From positions 2,924 through 66,923 of IMG/VR virus record IMGVR_UViG_3300044624_000801: a stretch of 64,000 bases of DNA; one strand, given 5' to 3'. The stretch comes from a virus. The position numbers and the translations under genes were made by a program. Numbering within the stretch: the stretch's first letter is position 1; each line of letters starts with the position of its first letter. Below are positions 9,642 through 18,744 of this stretch, in pieces. The notes beneath the pieces were generated by a model. It did not search any database, was not told the origin of the DNA, and saw nothing but the letters and a program-made list of their open reading frames with translations.

Positions 9642-10458
9642 GGTTGATATAATCTTCTAAAAATGAATTCTCTATATAATGCAGCACACCTGTTTGTTTA
9701 AATTGATTAATATATATCGTATCAAGATCAATTATTTCAACTTGTGCAACTTTGGTCCAATCGGGGTGAACACTGTGCCACCCCTGTATTAATGACTTCA
9801 TGTGAGTGAAACTACAAATTTGATTTGAATCAAAACAGTTTTCAAGTCCTAAAATTTTAGCCGCAATGCTTATTGTAACATCAAGACTGTAAAATTTTTG
9901 ATAATTTTTAGGACTAAATTCACCATAAAATTTTTCCCAGTTGTATGTTATAAATTCGACTAATTTCCAAAATTCTAAACTTTCATCTGATTTTTTAAAA
10001 TAACAAAATCCACTGTAAAGATTAGGCAAAGAATTTTCTATAAATGTTTTTCGATAAACTCGATCAGTGAGTATATCTCCCCTGAAGTTTTTAACTTGAC
10101 TGGTAAAATATAAATTTTTATCTTGCAACTGTTTCCAGACATTGTCTAAATCTGACAATATCAACATGTCTGCATCTAGTAAAATAGTGCGTTCATACGG
10201 TGTAGCATGATATGCTTTCCATCTATTTTGCACTTTCCATTCACTGTTTAGTGCATGGTCTTCAAATGGAATTTTAATTATTTTATCAAAAGCAGAAACA
10301 TACTCCGCAGGCACTGTGTCGTTAGTCATAAGTGATATGTTTTTTATAGTTGACTGGCTGCGGTTAATACTTTTGGCAAGATAGTATGCTTGTTTAACAT
10401 AGTCACAGTCTAACGAATTTTGTGCTACAACAAAAAATCCTTGATTACTTTCCGTCAT
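9631..10458 (-). CDS. glycosyltransferase-like protein (GT8/GT77-like)
   Basis: TPYERTILLDADML DxD motif and a late HxK. Paralog of 10445-11290. Confidence 0.65.
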   Translation of the reverse strand: MTESNQGFFVVAQNSLDCDYVKQAYYLAKSINRSQSTIKNISLMTNDTVPAEYVSAFDKIIKIPFEDHALNSEWKVQNRWKAYHATPYERTILLDADMLILSDLDNVWKQLQDKNLYFTSQVKNFRGDILTDRVYRKTFIENSLPNLYSGFCYFKKSDESLEFWKLVEFITYNWEKFYGEFSPKNYQKFYSLDVTISIAAKILGLENCFDSNQICSFTHMKSLIQGWHSVHPDWTKVAQVEIIDLDTIYINQFKQTGVLHYIENSFLEDYINHAG

Positions 10459-11290
10459 CGATTAACCTCAACAAACTATACTTGTTCATAACATGCACAT
10501 CTATCCCTTGAGTTTTTAACGCAATATATTCGCCTAGATATTTTTCTTTTTCTAACAAAAATTTAAACTTATCATCTGAAATGTCAATCATTACATCTTT
10601 ATCTAAAGTGTAAAACTTTTTGCCTGGCAAAATTGACACTACTGGGCTGTCAATGTTTCCGTTAAAAATATGTATTGCAATACTAAATGCAAAATCGTTT
10701 CTATACATTTTTGAATCAATTTTATAAAGCAATCTATAGTAGCCCCAATTTTTTCTAATGTGTTTTAACAACTCAAAAAATGATTCTGTAAATTTATTTT
10801 TTCTAAAAAATACAACTGTAGCCCAATAAAACGGAATACTCTGATCATTGATAAATTCAAATGATTCTACATTTCGCCATTGTGCTAAATCGTGACTATT
10901 TCTAAATAATGCTAAATCATTTTCGTGATCGAATTGGTGTGCAAGGTAATCGGAAGAAACAATGTAGTCACTATCTAAAATAATTGTTTCGTCATAGGGA
11001 CTTAGATCATATGCTTCCACCCTGGAAAGATTTTTCCAGACTAATTGTTTGCTGTATAAAGATCCATCACTAAATCTTCGTTGCTGTGTAGTGTCAGTGT
11101 ATGCTGTGATAATTTGATCAAATAATTCAACAGCATCTGGCTGACTAGTTAATAACCATTCCTTACTGTCAGTTACCAATGTGATTGGCAAATCAATGTA
11201 TTTCTTAAGACGACGGGCGCAAAATGTGGCGATCTTGCAGTAGTCAACATCAGAATTATTCTGAGCAAAAATTAAAAAACCTCTAGTCAT
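10445..11290 (-). CDS. glycosyltransferase-like protein (GT8/GT77-like)
   Basis: SPYDETIILDSDY DxD motif, RNDFAFSIA and HVMNK. Confidence 0.65.
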   Translation of the reverse strand: MTRGFLIFAQNNSDVDYCKIATFCARRLKKYIDLPITLVTDSKEWLLTSQPDAVELFDQIITAYTDTTQQRRFSDGSLYSKQLVWKNLSRVEAYDLSPYDETIILDSDYIVSSDYLAHQFDHENDLALFRNSHDLAQWRNVESFEFINDQSIPFYWATVVFFRKNKFTESFFELLKHIRKNWGYYRLLYKIDSKMYRNDFAFSIAIHIFNGNIDSPVVSILPGKKFYTLDKDVMIDISDDKFKFLLEKEKYLGEYIALKTQGIDVHVMNKYSLLRLIDDGK

Positions 11291-11631
11291 AGATTAATTA
11301 AATTAGAGATATTTCTTTGCTTTTTTATGTTGTTGTATTTGGCAAGATATTTCTCAGATTCTTTTTTGTATAATGTTAAACATTTATTCAAAAAATCTTT
11401 TAAATCTGCTACTTCCATAGGAATATTATTATTATCAACAACGATTGCAGATTCTTCATGCAAAGACAACATGTGAATTTTAGTTATTGTTTCTAAATCT
11501 GCAGTAAAACTACAACCATTTTGATAGAATATTAGACCTTGTTTAAATTCTTCAAAGGCAGTTTTGCGTGAAAGATTTAAAGTAGCCATAAAATTGGCTG
11601 TTTGAAATGCTTTTTCTAAGCGTTCATCCAT
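11287..11631 (-). CDS. hypothetical protein (possible fibre assembly chaperone)
   Basis: 114-aa ORF directly downstream of the fibre genes. Confidence 0.6.
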   Translation of the reverse strand: MDERLEKAFQTANFMATLNLSRKTAFEEFKQGLIFYQNGCSFTADLETITKIHMLSLHEESAIVVDNNNIPMEVADLKDFLNKCLTLYKKESEKYLAKYNNIKKQRNISNLINL

Positions 11632-11693
11632 AGAAATTTCCTAGATAGTTACAAGTAATTATCTAGAAAAAAATAGTGAGTGATTTGTTTTGA

Positions 11694-12659
11694 TTAAATC
11701 AGACCAGAGCCCGATGCTGTGGGCGTTGGTACTGACACGTTGGATCCTGATGGGCGAACTTGGCGGATTAAACTTTGCAAATTGCCATCAATATCTTCGT
11801 CGATATTTGGATTAGGACCTGCATCATCTTTGAATTGAATGGTAAGAATTAGTTGGGTAGACCCTGCATCTCTACGAGCATATACTTCATAATCATTGGC
11901 AGCGTAGTTGCCTGCAGGTGCTGCTTTGTTAAAAATCAGTTGGTCACTGGTAGACAGGTCGTACCATCCAATACCGTATGTTGTACCAGCAGATGATGCT
12001 GTGCCAACAACTGTGGTAGTAGCAGTATAGTTAAAAGATATAGTACCAAATCCACTAGGAGTAGTGCCGTCTCCTAACATTGTGGTCCACGTGATGTTTT
12101 TAGATGCTGACGTAGATCCGCCACTTTTTGCTGCACTGATTAAAATTTGGCCACCACCATTAAAAAATGCTCGTGCATGATTAACTGCACTGACTGTTAA
12201 CCCACCAGTGGTATATCCAGGAAAAGTTATTGTTACAGTGTGTGTTAATGTACCATTCCAACTGGCGGTTCTAGTTTGATTTACTAATGTTTCTGTAGAA
12301 CTGTTGCCTCCAGTGGTTGCTAATGTTAATCTAGACGATCTTACAAGATTAGCAAAAGTAAAATATTGATTGGCCAATGTGCTGTCGATACTGATAGCAC
12401 TAGATGCTAATGCCAAATTGCTGCTTTCACTTACTCCAGTTTGATGTTGCCTGGCTAGAATCATATCGGTACGCAATCTTGACCATTGAATAACTTGTGC
12501 AGTAGTGCCTGGAACAATCTGACTACTAACAATTTCTTGTCCGTACCCTTCATCTCCTGCACCTATACCCATTACTGCAGCTATGGTAGACTGTATGGTA
12601 TTATAATCGGCTGCAAAAATTAATTCGCCTGTTACTTTTGGAAATACACCAGATGGCAT
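11694..12659 (-). CDS. virion structural / tail fibre-associated protein
   Basis: Thr/Ser/Gly-rich, beta-type composition; last of the fibre gene series. Confidence 0.6.
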   Translation of the reverse strand: MPSGVFPKVTGELIFAADYNTIQSTIAAVMGIGAGDEGYGQEIVSSQIVPGTTAQVIQWSRLRTDMILARQHQTGVSESSNLALASSAISIDSTLANQYFTFANLVRSSRLTLATTGGNSSTETLVNQTRTASWNGTLTHTVTITFPGYTTGGLTVSAVNHARAFFNGGGQILISAAKSGGSTSASKNITWTTMLGDGTTPSGFGTISFNYTATTTVVGTASSAGTTYGIGWYDLSTSDQLIFNKAAPAGNYAANDYEVYARRDAGSTQLILTIQFKDDAGPNPNIDEDIDGNLQSLIRQVRPSGSNVSVPTPTASGSGLI

Positions 12660-12669
12660 CACTAATCCT

Positions 12670-14121
12670 TTATAATATTACACATTCAACTAGTTTGATA
12701 CCAGCATCTGCATTTGTTTCTAGAGCAATAGCAAACACATTTGAATTATGTGCTGCTGAAATAACAGCAGTACCATCATTGGCCGCTACCAATCTCTGTC
12801 CTTTGATCACAGTGCCTGCAACTTTTACAGGAACTCGTCCTTTCAAGGCAACATACACTCCTCCCTCTAAATCCTTGTTCATCATAAACGCTGGATTTTC
12901 ACTGATTACACCTATTGCTCTGTCACCCGAGTTACTGGCTGTTATTTCTTTGCTGCCACCGACCGACACAACAGTTCCTACAGAATATTCTGCATCTGGC
13001 AGATATTTTTCAGCCAAGTCAGCATATTGCGCAGAAGTTGCTGTTCCATTAAAAATATTAGCAGCCAGATTACCTGATCCGTCTCTTACTGCTACTGTGT
13101 TGATTGTAGCAGCAACTGCGGCTGTTCGATATGTTCCACCAACATTTAAACTGTCAGATTGCGTAGCAGGCCCGTTAAAACTGTTTGCATAAACAGTGGC
13201 AAATTTTAAAACTGAAGATCCTAAATCTGTAGTGTTGTCTACACCAGGTAACACATCTTCTGCTACTAATTTCAGCGGAGTTACTGTGGTGCTGGCTGAT
13301 GTGGTTTGGAAGGTAATAGTATTACCAACTTGGTTTTGAATCGTAGGAGTATCACCGCCTGAGACAAAAACTCGTAGATCATTATCGTTACCTACTCTAA
13401 AGCCCACGTCTGCAAAACTAACAAGACCGCTAAAGTTAGATGCCGATGCTAACACAAAATCACTAGAACTTAATCCGTTTAATTTTAAAGAATTACTAGA
13501 AGTTCCCCAATACACATGATCTGTTGATGTTATTCCCGAACTTGAATAAATTAAGGTAATTCCTTTTTTAACTAAACTATAGCCAGTAATTGCATTGCTA
13601 ACGTTCAAGGTAAATTCATCTGCAGAAATTATAAAAATTGTGACGCCATCGACGATGGATTCAATAACAGCATGACTATTACCCAGTGTATCTAACACAT
13701 TTCTAGATCGAAATTGTGTGGTACCGGCACCAGAAACCCCTAACGGACCTACTAGAACAAATGCGCCGCCGTCCCATGAGTACAATTGTTTATTAACATT
13801 GTCCCACCAAAAATCACCAGTAGTCAGTCCACTAGGAGCATTAGGGCCAACTTCGGCGCCACCCGTGGTTCTAAATTTGATGCCATCGTAAAATTTAAGT
13901 TTACTGTTGGAACTGTCAAACCAAAGTTGCCCGCTTAATGGCCGAGCAGGTGCATCGGCTCCTGAAAAGTTTTCTAATAAATGTACAAAATTTTCATTTT
14001 GTAACTCTCCATAACCGGCATAATTTTTACCAATTAATTTGATATCTAAACTACTATCAATGGTGCCGTCCTCAACTGTATAAGTTGCTGACCCGCGATA
14101 TCTATCTACACTATAGGACAT
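12670..14121 (-). CDS. tail fibre protein with C-terminal intramolecular chaperone (Peptidase G2/S74-like)
   Basis: Shared N-domain GKNYAGYG..NENF.HLLENF..GQLWFD. C-terminal ADLAEKY...GVISENPAFMMN...ALKGRVPVKV chaperone motif. Confidence 0.7.
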   Translation of the reverse strand: MSYSVDRYRGSATYTVEDGTIDSSLDIKLIGKNYAGYGELQNENFVHLLENFSGADAPARPLSGQLWFDSSNSKLKFYDGIKFRTTGGAEVGPNAPSGLTTGDFWWDNVNKQLYSWDGGAFVLVGPLGVSGAGTTQFRSRNVLDTLGNSHAVIESIVDGVTIFIISADEFTLNVSNAITGYSLVKKGITLIYSSSGITSTDHVYWGTSSNSLKLNGLSSSDFVLASASNFSGLVSFADVGFRVGNDNDLRVFVSGGDTPTIQNQVGNTITFQTTSASTTVTPLKLVAEDVLPGVDNTTDLGSSVLKFATVYANSFNGPATQSDSLNVGGTYRTAAVAATINTVAVRDGSGNLAANIFNGTATSAQYADLAEKYLPDAEYSVGTVVSVGGSKEITASNSGDRAIGVISENPAFMMNKDLEGGVYVALKGRVPVKVAGTVIKGQRLVAANDGTAVISAAHNSNVFAIALETNADAGIKLVECVIL

Positions 14122-14141
14122 TACCAAACCCCTTTATTCTA

Positions 14142-14149
14142 TATTTATA
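14142..14149 (-). promoter_or_regulatory. T4-type late promoter TATAAATA
   Basis: Perfect consensus on the minus strand in the intergenic gap. Confidence 0.8.
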
Positions 14150-14155
14150 TCAAAA

Positions 14156-16003
14156 TCACAGTCCGAGGCCCGTGGTATAGCCAGCACCACGTTCTATGGT
14201 CTTAGCCCAGACTCCGCTTTGTATTTGAAACTGCTTGAATAGTCGTGTAACTGTGATAGTAGCACTACCAGTAGGAACACTACCAATACTGAAATCTTCT
14301 AACACATTTTCTTGTGTAGAACCGTCTATACTTAATACGGCTTTGTAAGTTCTAGAAATCTGACTGGCTACATCAATAGCCGTAAACTGGGCTTGAGTGC
14401 TGGTACACAGCACTTCAGCAAGAGTTCCGTTTTGATAGGATCCAGGCGGATACAGTGCAGTTAAAATAATACCCACTTTAGTGTCAATATTACCCACTGT
14501 AAAATCACTACAATCAATTGTCACTGCAAGAGTTCTGCCTTTAACAAAAGTTTCTACAGAATTTTTAGTAGCTGCATCTTGTGCGCCAGACGGATCAGTA
14601 ACATTAATAATGCGGCTGGAAACAACATCGACAACTCCAGTGCCTTGAGGAGATAATATCAAATTACCATTAACGTCCGTAGTAGAAATAGTATTACCGT
14701 CTATAAGGATATTATCAACTGTTAGTTGTGTTTGTGGTCCAAAACTAGTAATACCAGGAGCACTGGTAATACTTGCTCCTAAACTTGTTGAACTTAATAC
14801 CAATTGTCCGTTTATGCGGATTTCTTTGCCAACCAATAAATTGACATTATCGCTGATATTAAATTGGCCACCACTGACTCCATTGTCTTTTTCCCATAAC
14901 ATAGAGTGATTTGGTGTACCTGTAACAATAAACCCGCCACCATCTGCATAATCTTCACTGGCAGTGCTGTCACTAGATTTTGCTAAAGTAATAACTCTAT
15001 CTTCAACAGTTAAATTAGTAGTTTCTATTGTGGTAGTTGCACCTTTAACTGTTAAGCTGCCGCTGATAAAAACATCGCCGCCCACATCCAATGTGGCCAC
15101 TGGGTTGGATTTATAGATACCTATTCTTTGATCAGTAGTACGGATTGTAAAAGCATCTTCTAAACCAGCACCTGTTTTGGTTCTAATTTTAAAATCTTGC
15201 CCTGTGTTGTTACTGATGTGTTCTATCAAAGTTAAACTGGTTCTAATTTCATTATTTTGATTAGGACCAAGTATTAAAGGTGTAGAGTTTTGAATTGTAA
15301 CAGTGCCTACTGTGCTGGTATTTTCTTCAGTAAGCATGAAACTGCTGGTAGTTTTTAATGCACCACTAGGTGCTACCAATGCATCAGCAGCAGATGCTGT
15401 AACGTAAAATTTCTGACCAGTTAATGTACCAGGATTAAATCCTCGTCTAATTTGTCCAGTAAATCCCGTGATCGGATTTAAAGGAGTATATGCAGTGTCT
15501 TTGCTGAAAATTCCAAGTAGACTATTACCTATCCATAGAAAAACCGCAGTGTGTTCAATCAGAAATGAATCTACTATTGTAATAACTTCAAAACCACTTT
15601 TTCCCTGAGTATCTTTATAGACTGGACCTGCCAATGTTAAATCGACACCATCATAAAAATATAGTTGTTTATTGATATTGTCGATCCAAAAGTCACCTTC
15701 GACAAAACTAGTAGGCTGTGATCCTGAAACAATAGGGCCACTGCCTACTCCAAAACCGGTACCGTTATATACTTTAAGACGTCCGCTTGTTGTGTCATAC
15801 CATAACTGTCCTGCTATGGGATTGTTGGGTTGTGTCGAACTGGCAAAATTTTCTAGAATTTTTATAAAATTTTCATTTATATATTCACCATACCCACTGA
15901 CGTTTTTACCAATTAAAGTAATATCAGTAGATGTTTGGTCAATTGCAGAATCTGCTACTTGTGCTAACAATGATCCATCAGTTTTGTTAATATTATACGT
16001 CAT
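14156..16003 (-). CDS. tail fibre / baseplate-fibre protein (paralog)
   Basis: Same N-terminal domain as its neighbours; beta-repeat GSLTVKGATTTIETTNLTVED. Confidence 0.7.
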   Translation of the reverse strand: MTYNINKTDGSLLAQVADSAIDQTSTDITLIGKNVSGYGEYINENFIKILENFASSTQPNNPIAGQLWYDTTSGRLKVYNGTGFGVGSGPIVSGSQPTSFVEGDFWIDNINKQLYFYDGVDLTLAGPVYKDTQGKSGFEVITIVDSFLIEHTAVFLWIGNSLLGIFSKDTAYTPLNPITGFTGQIRRGFNPGTLTGQKFYVTASAADALVAPSGALKTTSSFMLTEENTSTVGTVTIQNSTPLILGPNQNNEIRTSLTLIEHISNNTGQDFKIRTKTGAGLEDAFTIRTTDQRIGIYKSNPVATLDVGGDVFISGSLTVKGATTTIETTNLTVEDRVITLAKSSDSTASEDYADGGGFIVTGTPNHSMLWEKDNGVSGGQFNISDNVNLLVGKEIRINGQLVLSSTSLGASITSAPGITSFGPQTQLTVDNILIDGNTISTTDVNGNLILSPQGTGVVDVVSSRIINVTDPSGAQDAATKNSVETFVKGRTLAVTIDCSDFTVGNIDTKVGIILTALYPPGSYQNGTLAEVLCTSTQAQFTAIDVASQISRTYKAVLSIDGSTQENVLEDFSIGSVPTGSATITVTRLFKQFQIQSGVWAKTIERGAGYTTGLGL

Positions 16004-16008
16004 TTTTA

Positions 16009-18105
16009 TTATCTACCAGTGTAAATGATATAGTTAACTGTCATGTAGGGATTCATGATACTGAAAGCAACCCCTAGACTACCAGCAGTGTCAATGCCGC
16101 CACTAGTTGGAAGATATTGCCCAGTGCCGGATGCCGTAGGACCTTGTCCTGTGATATAGTTAGTATCAGGAATAACAGTGCTTGAGTTTCTAAATGCAAA
16201 AAACTGTGTTCCTGCATTGGCTCTTAAATCATGTTCGTGATCAGGAATATTAGACAATGTTAAAGATTTTTCAGCAGTACCAGACCCTGTACCCAGTGTA
16301 TCAGCAGAAACATCAGTTACTCTATCTGCGTTACCTCCGCCAGCATCAATTAATATAGTCGGGTCAGCAATACTAGGTACAGTGTTGCCGTTGTCCATAT
16401 TGTCTCTGCCCAATGCAAATCTTCCTCTTAAATCTGGAAGTGCAAAAGTGGCACTGCCAATAAGCAAAGATGTGGCTTTGAAGGTATAGCCTATAACTGC
16501 AAAAAGTTCAGGATAATCACCGATTCTAATTTCACTACCGTCACAGAACAAATAGCCCAACGGGGGTGCTGAACCACCAAAGCCCATAATTGTTCCAATT
16601 GGCATAGTTGCTACGCCTTGCAACAGTGTTGTCTTGGTGAGTTTTCTTAATCCTGTACCGGGTCGATTAATTAAAATTTCATCATTAAGTTGACTAGTAA
16701 GTGTTTCTGTTCGATTAGTTAAAAAATCTTGACTGATAGTAGTGGTAAAAGTTGCAAACCCTGCAGTACTTTGTCCATCAAAACTTACAGTGTTGCTGGA
16801 AACTTCGCCAGCAAGTTGAAAAACAGTAGGTGAACTTAATTTACTAGCAGATCCTGTAACATTACCAGTAACACTGCCTGTTAAATTGCCAACAAATTCT
16901 TGTGATAAAATTTGATCAGCATATATCCTACGCCATGCTTTGCCGCCAGTCAGCGGTTCTGTTCCTAAATCATAAGTTCCGTCGGCGTCTGGAATCACAT
17001 GATATGTAGTCGACGTGCCAGTGACTGCAAAATTACCACCTACTCTTAAATTTTTAGTTATGGCTGCGCCGCCTGCAGTCTTAATACTGCCCGTGACTAA
17101 ACTAGTAGAATCAGTAGTTCCTGCAACAATTAAACTGTCACTGATTCTGATGTTACCAGTAACGTCTAACGCTTCAGCAGGTGCTGTATTGTTAATACCA
17201 ACAGCCCGTGTGCTGTCGATACGCAGCACTGTAGAAGTTACTCCGTTATTGACTGTTTTAAAATCAAATGCTGATCCGTTGGCCTTGTTGTTAAATGTAG
17301 GGATATTACTGTCAATGGTGATACTTAATTCACCTGAACTACCAACAGTAAGTCCACTGGGGTTTCGAACGTTGAACTGAAAATTTGTTGTACTTGCTGT
17401 GTCGCCACGTAAAAAACTAGAAGCCGATACTGCATTTCCACCAATTACTAAAGAATCAGCCTTTTCACTAGTGCCCCAAAACTTGTTTGGTAAACTGTTA
17501 CTGTTAAAATCTTTACTAGATAGATTAAATCCTTGTCTAATTTCACTAAATCCAGAAATTGTAGATTTTGGAATAAATGCATCTTTACTGATAATGCCGA
17601 CTTTTTCGTCGCCAACAAACAAATTCAATACACTGTGAGTAATGTTACTTGCATCAACAACACTTTCAACTTCGGCACCAGTTCTTAATCCACTGCTAAA
17701 CTGTGGTCCAACCAATACCCAGTTACTGCCGGTGAACAAATAAAGTTGTTGATTATCAGTATCCGCCCACAAATCACCTAGATTGCTGTTGGCCACTGCA
17801 GGAGCAGTGTTAGATTTTTTAATACTACCAGCAGGAGCCCAAGTTGTGCCGTCATATACCTTTAATTGATTTACCCCAGCACTGTTATCATACCATAACT
17901 GTCCTTCAACAGGATTAGTGGGTGCAGAAGTTTTGGCAAAATTTTCTAAAAGATGTAAAAAATTCTCAGCAATAATTTGTGCATAGCCAACATAATTTTT
18001 TCCCACAAAAGTTACAGGTAATTGTTGGTTAAGAGTTTGATCCTCAACTGTTATATCTGGTTTTTGAGGATTACCTGTTTCAGTATATTTGATAGTGTAT
18101 GACAT
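16009..18105 (-). CDS. short tail fibre with phage tail-collar domain (gp12-like)
   Basis: Collar motif MPIGTIMGFGGSAPPLGYLFCDG...YPELFAVIG...FALPDLRGRF, HEH metal motif and C-terminal NPYMTVNYII. Confidence 0.85.
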   Translation of the reverse strand: MSYTIKYTETGNPQKPDITVEDQTLNQQLPVTFVGKNYVGYAQIIAENFLHLLENFAKTSAPTNPVEGQLWYDNSAGVNQLKVYDGTTWAPAGSIKKSNTAPAVANSNLGDLWADTDNQQLYLFTGSNWVLVGPQFSSGLRTGAEVESVVDASNITHSVLNLFVGDEKVGIISKDAFIPKSTISGFSEIRQGFNLSSKDFNSNSLPNKFWGTSEKADSLVIGGNAVSASSFLRGDTASTTNFQFNVRNPSGLTVGSSGELSITIDSNIPTFNNKANGSAFDFKTVNNGVTSTVLRIDSTRAVGINNTAPAEALDVTGNIRISDSLIVAGTTDSTSLVTGSIKTAGGAAITKNLRVGGNFAVTGTSTTYHVIPDADGTYDLGTEPLTGGKAWRRIYADQILSQEFVGNLTGSVTGNVTGSASKLSSPTVFQLAGEVSSNTVSFDGQSTAGFATFTTTISQDFLTNRTETLTSQLNDEILINRPGTGLRKLTKTTLLQGVATMPIGTIMGFGGSAPPLGYLFCDGSEIRIGDYPELFAVIGYTFKATSLLIGSATFALPDLRGRFALGRDNMDNGNTVPSIADPTILIDAGGGNADRVTDVSADTLGTGSGTAEKSLTLSNIPDHEHDLRANAGTQFFAFRNSSTVIPDTNYITGQGPTASGTGQYLPTSGGIDTAGSLGVAFSIMNPYMTVNYIIYTGR

Positions 18106-18716
18106 TATGCTACCTCACTCAGACCGGTTAAACTTTGAATACGCACAGTATAGTCAATTTGAATAAGTCGGTTTAATGATTTTTGCACAGGATGAAAAAT
18201 TACATGCGTCAATAACTTACTTTGACCCGTGGCGCTGTATGATTTCAGCCCTAGTTCGTCAAAAACAAAGGCACTGTCAGTGTTACTACTAGTATCAATG
18301 GCATCTTGGCCGCTAGGTTCGCCGTAATCTAATAGACAAGTGATAAACACATCCGTGTAGTTAGTACCAGTTACATGTCGTGTTTCAATTTTATTTCGTG
18401 TAGGATCAACATTGGCCACGGCTCTGTCGTCAATTACTTTGGTATAAGTTTGATTGTACAATGCTGCATTGGTGCCAACACTGTTGGGAGTCAAATAGGT
18501 AATTATACCGGTAGGATCAACGGCTGTGCCGCCGTTACCAAAGGCCATTTCGTAAATGAATCCCTGACCTGAATTGCCAATGCTATCTGCTAATGCTACA
18601 CTCATATTCTCATAATGAATGGCATTGCGTTTATTAATGGCAATTTCACCAGATTCGGGGTACCATATCTTGATGTGTCCCTCGATGTTTAATCCTGAAA
18701 AATCTCTGCTAAACAT
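18105..18716 (-). CDS. baseplate structural protein
   Basis: Lies between the giant wedge gene and the fibre genes. Motifs FDELGL and HPVQKSLNR.I.IDY resemble baseplate/fibre-attachment domains. Confidence 0.6.
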   Translation of the reverse strand: MFSRDFSGLNIEGHIKIWYPESGEIAINKRNAIHYENMSVALADSIGNSGQGFIYEMAFGNGGTAVDPTGIITYLTPNSVGTNAALYNQTYTKVIDDRAVANVDPTRNKIETRHVTGTNYTDVFITCLLDYGEPSGQDAIDTSSNTDSAFVFDELGLKSYSATGQSKLLTHVIFHPVQKSLNRLIQIDYTVRIQSLTGLSEVA

Positions 18717-18736
18717 AATTTGCTCTCATATTAATG

Positions 18737-18744
18737 TATTTATA
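18737..18744 (-). promoter_or_regulatory. T4-type late promoter TATAAATA
   Basis: Perfect consensus overlapping the TAA stop of the giant gene. Confidence 0.75.

Noticed and set aside
11694-18105. Diversity-generating retroelement acting on fibre tips
   Set aside because: No reverse transcriptase, and no template/variable repeat pair differing at adenines, was seen in this window.
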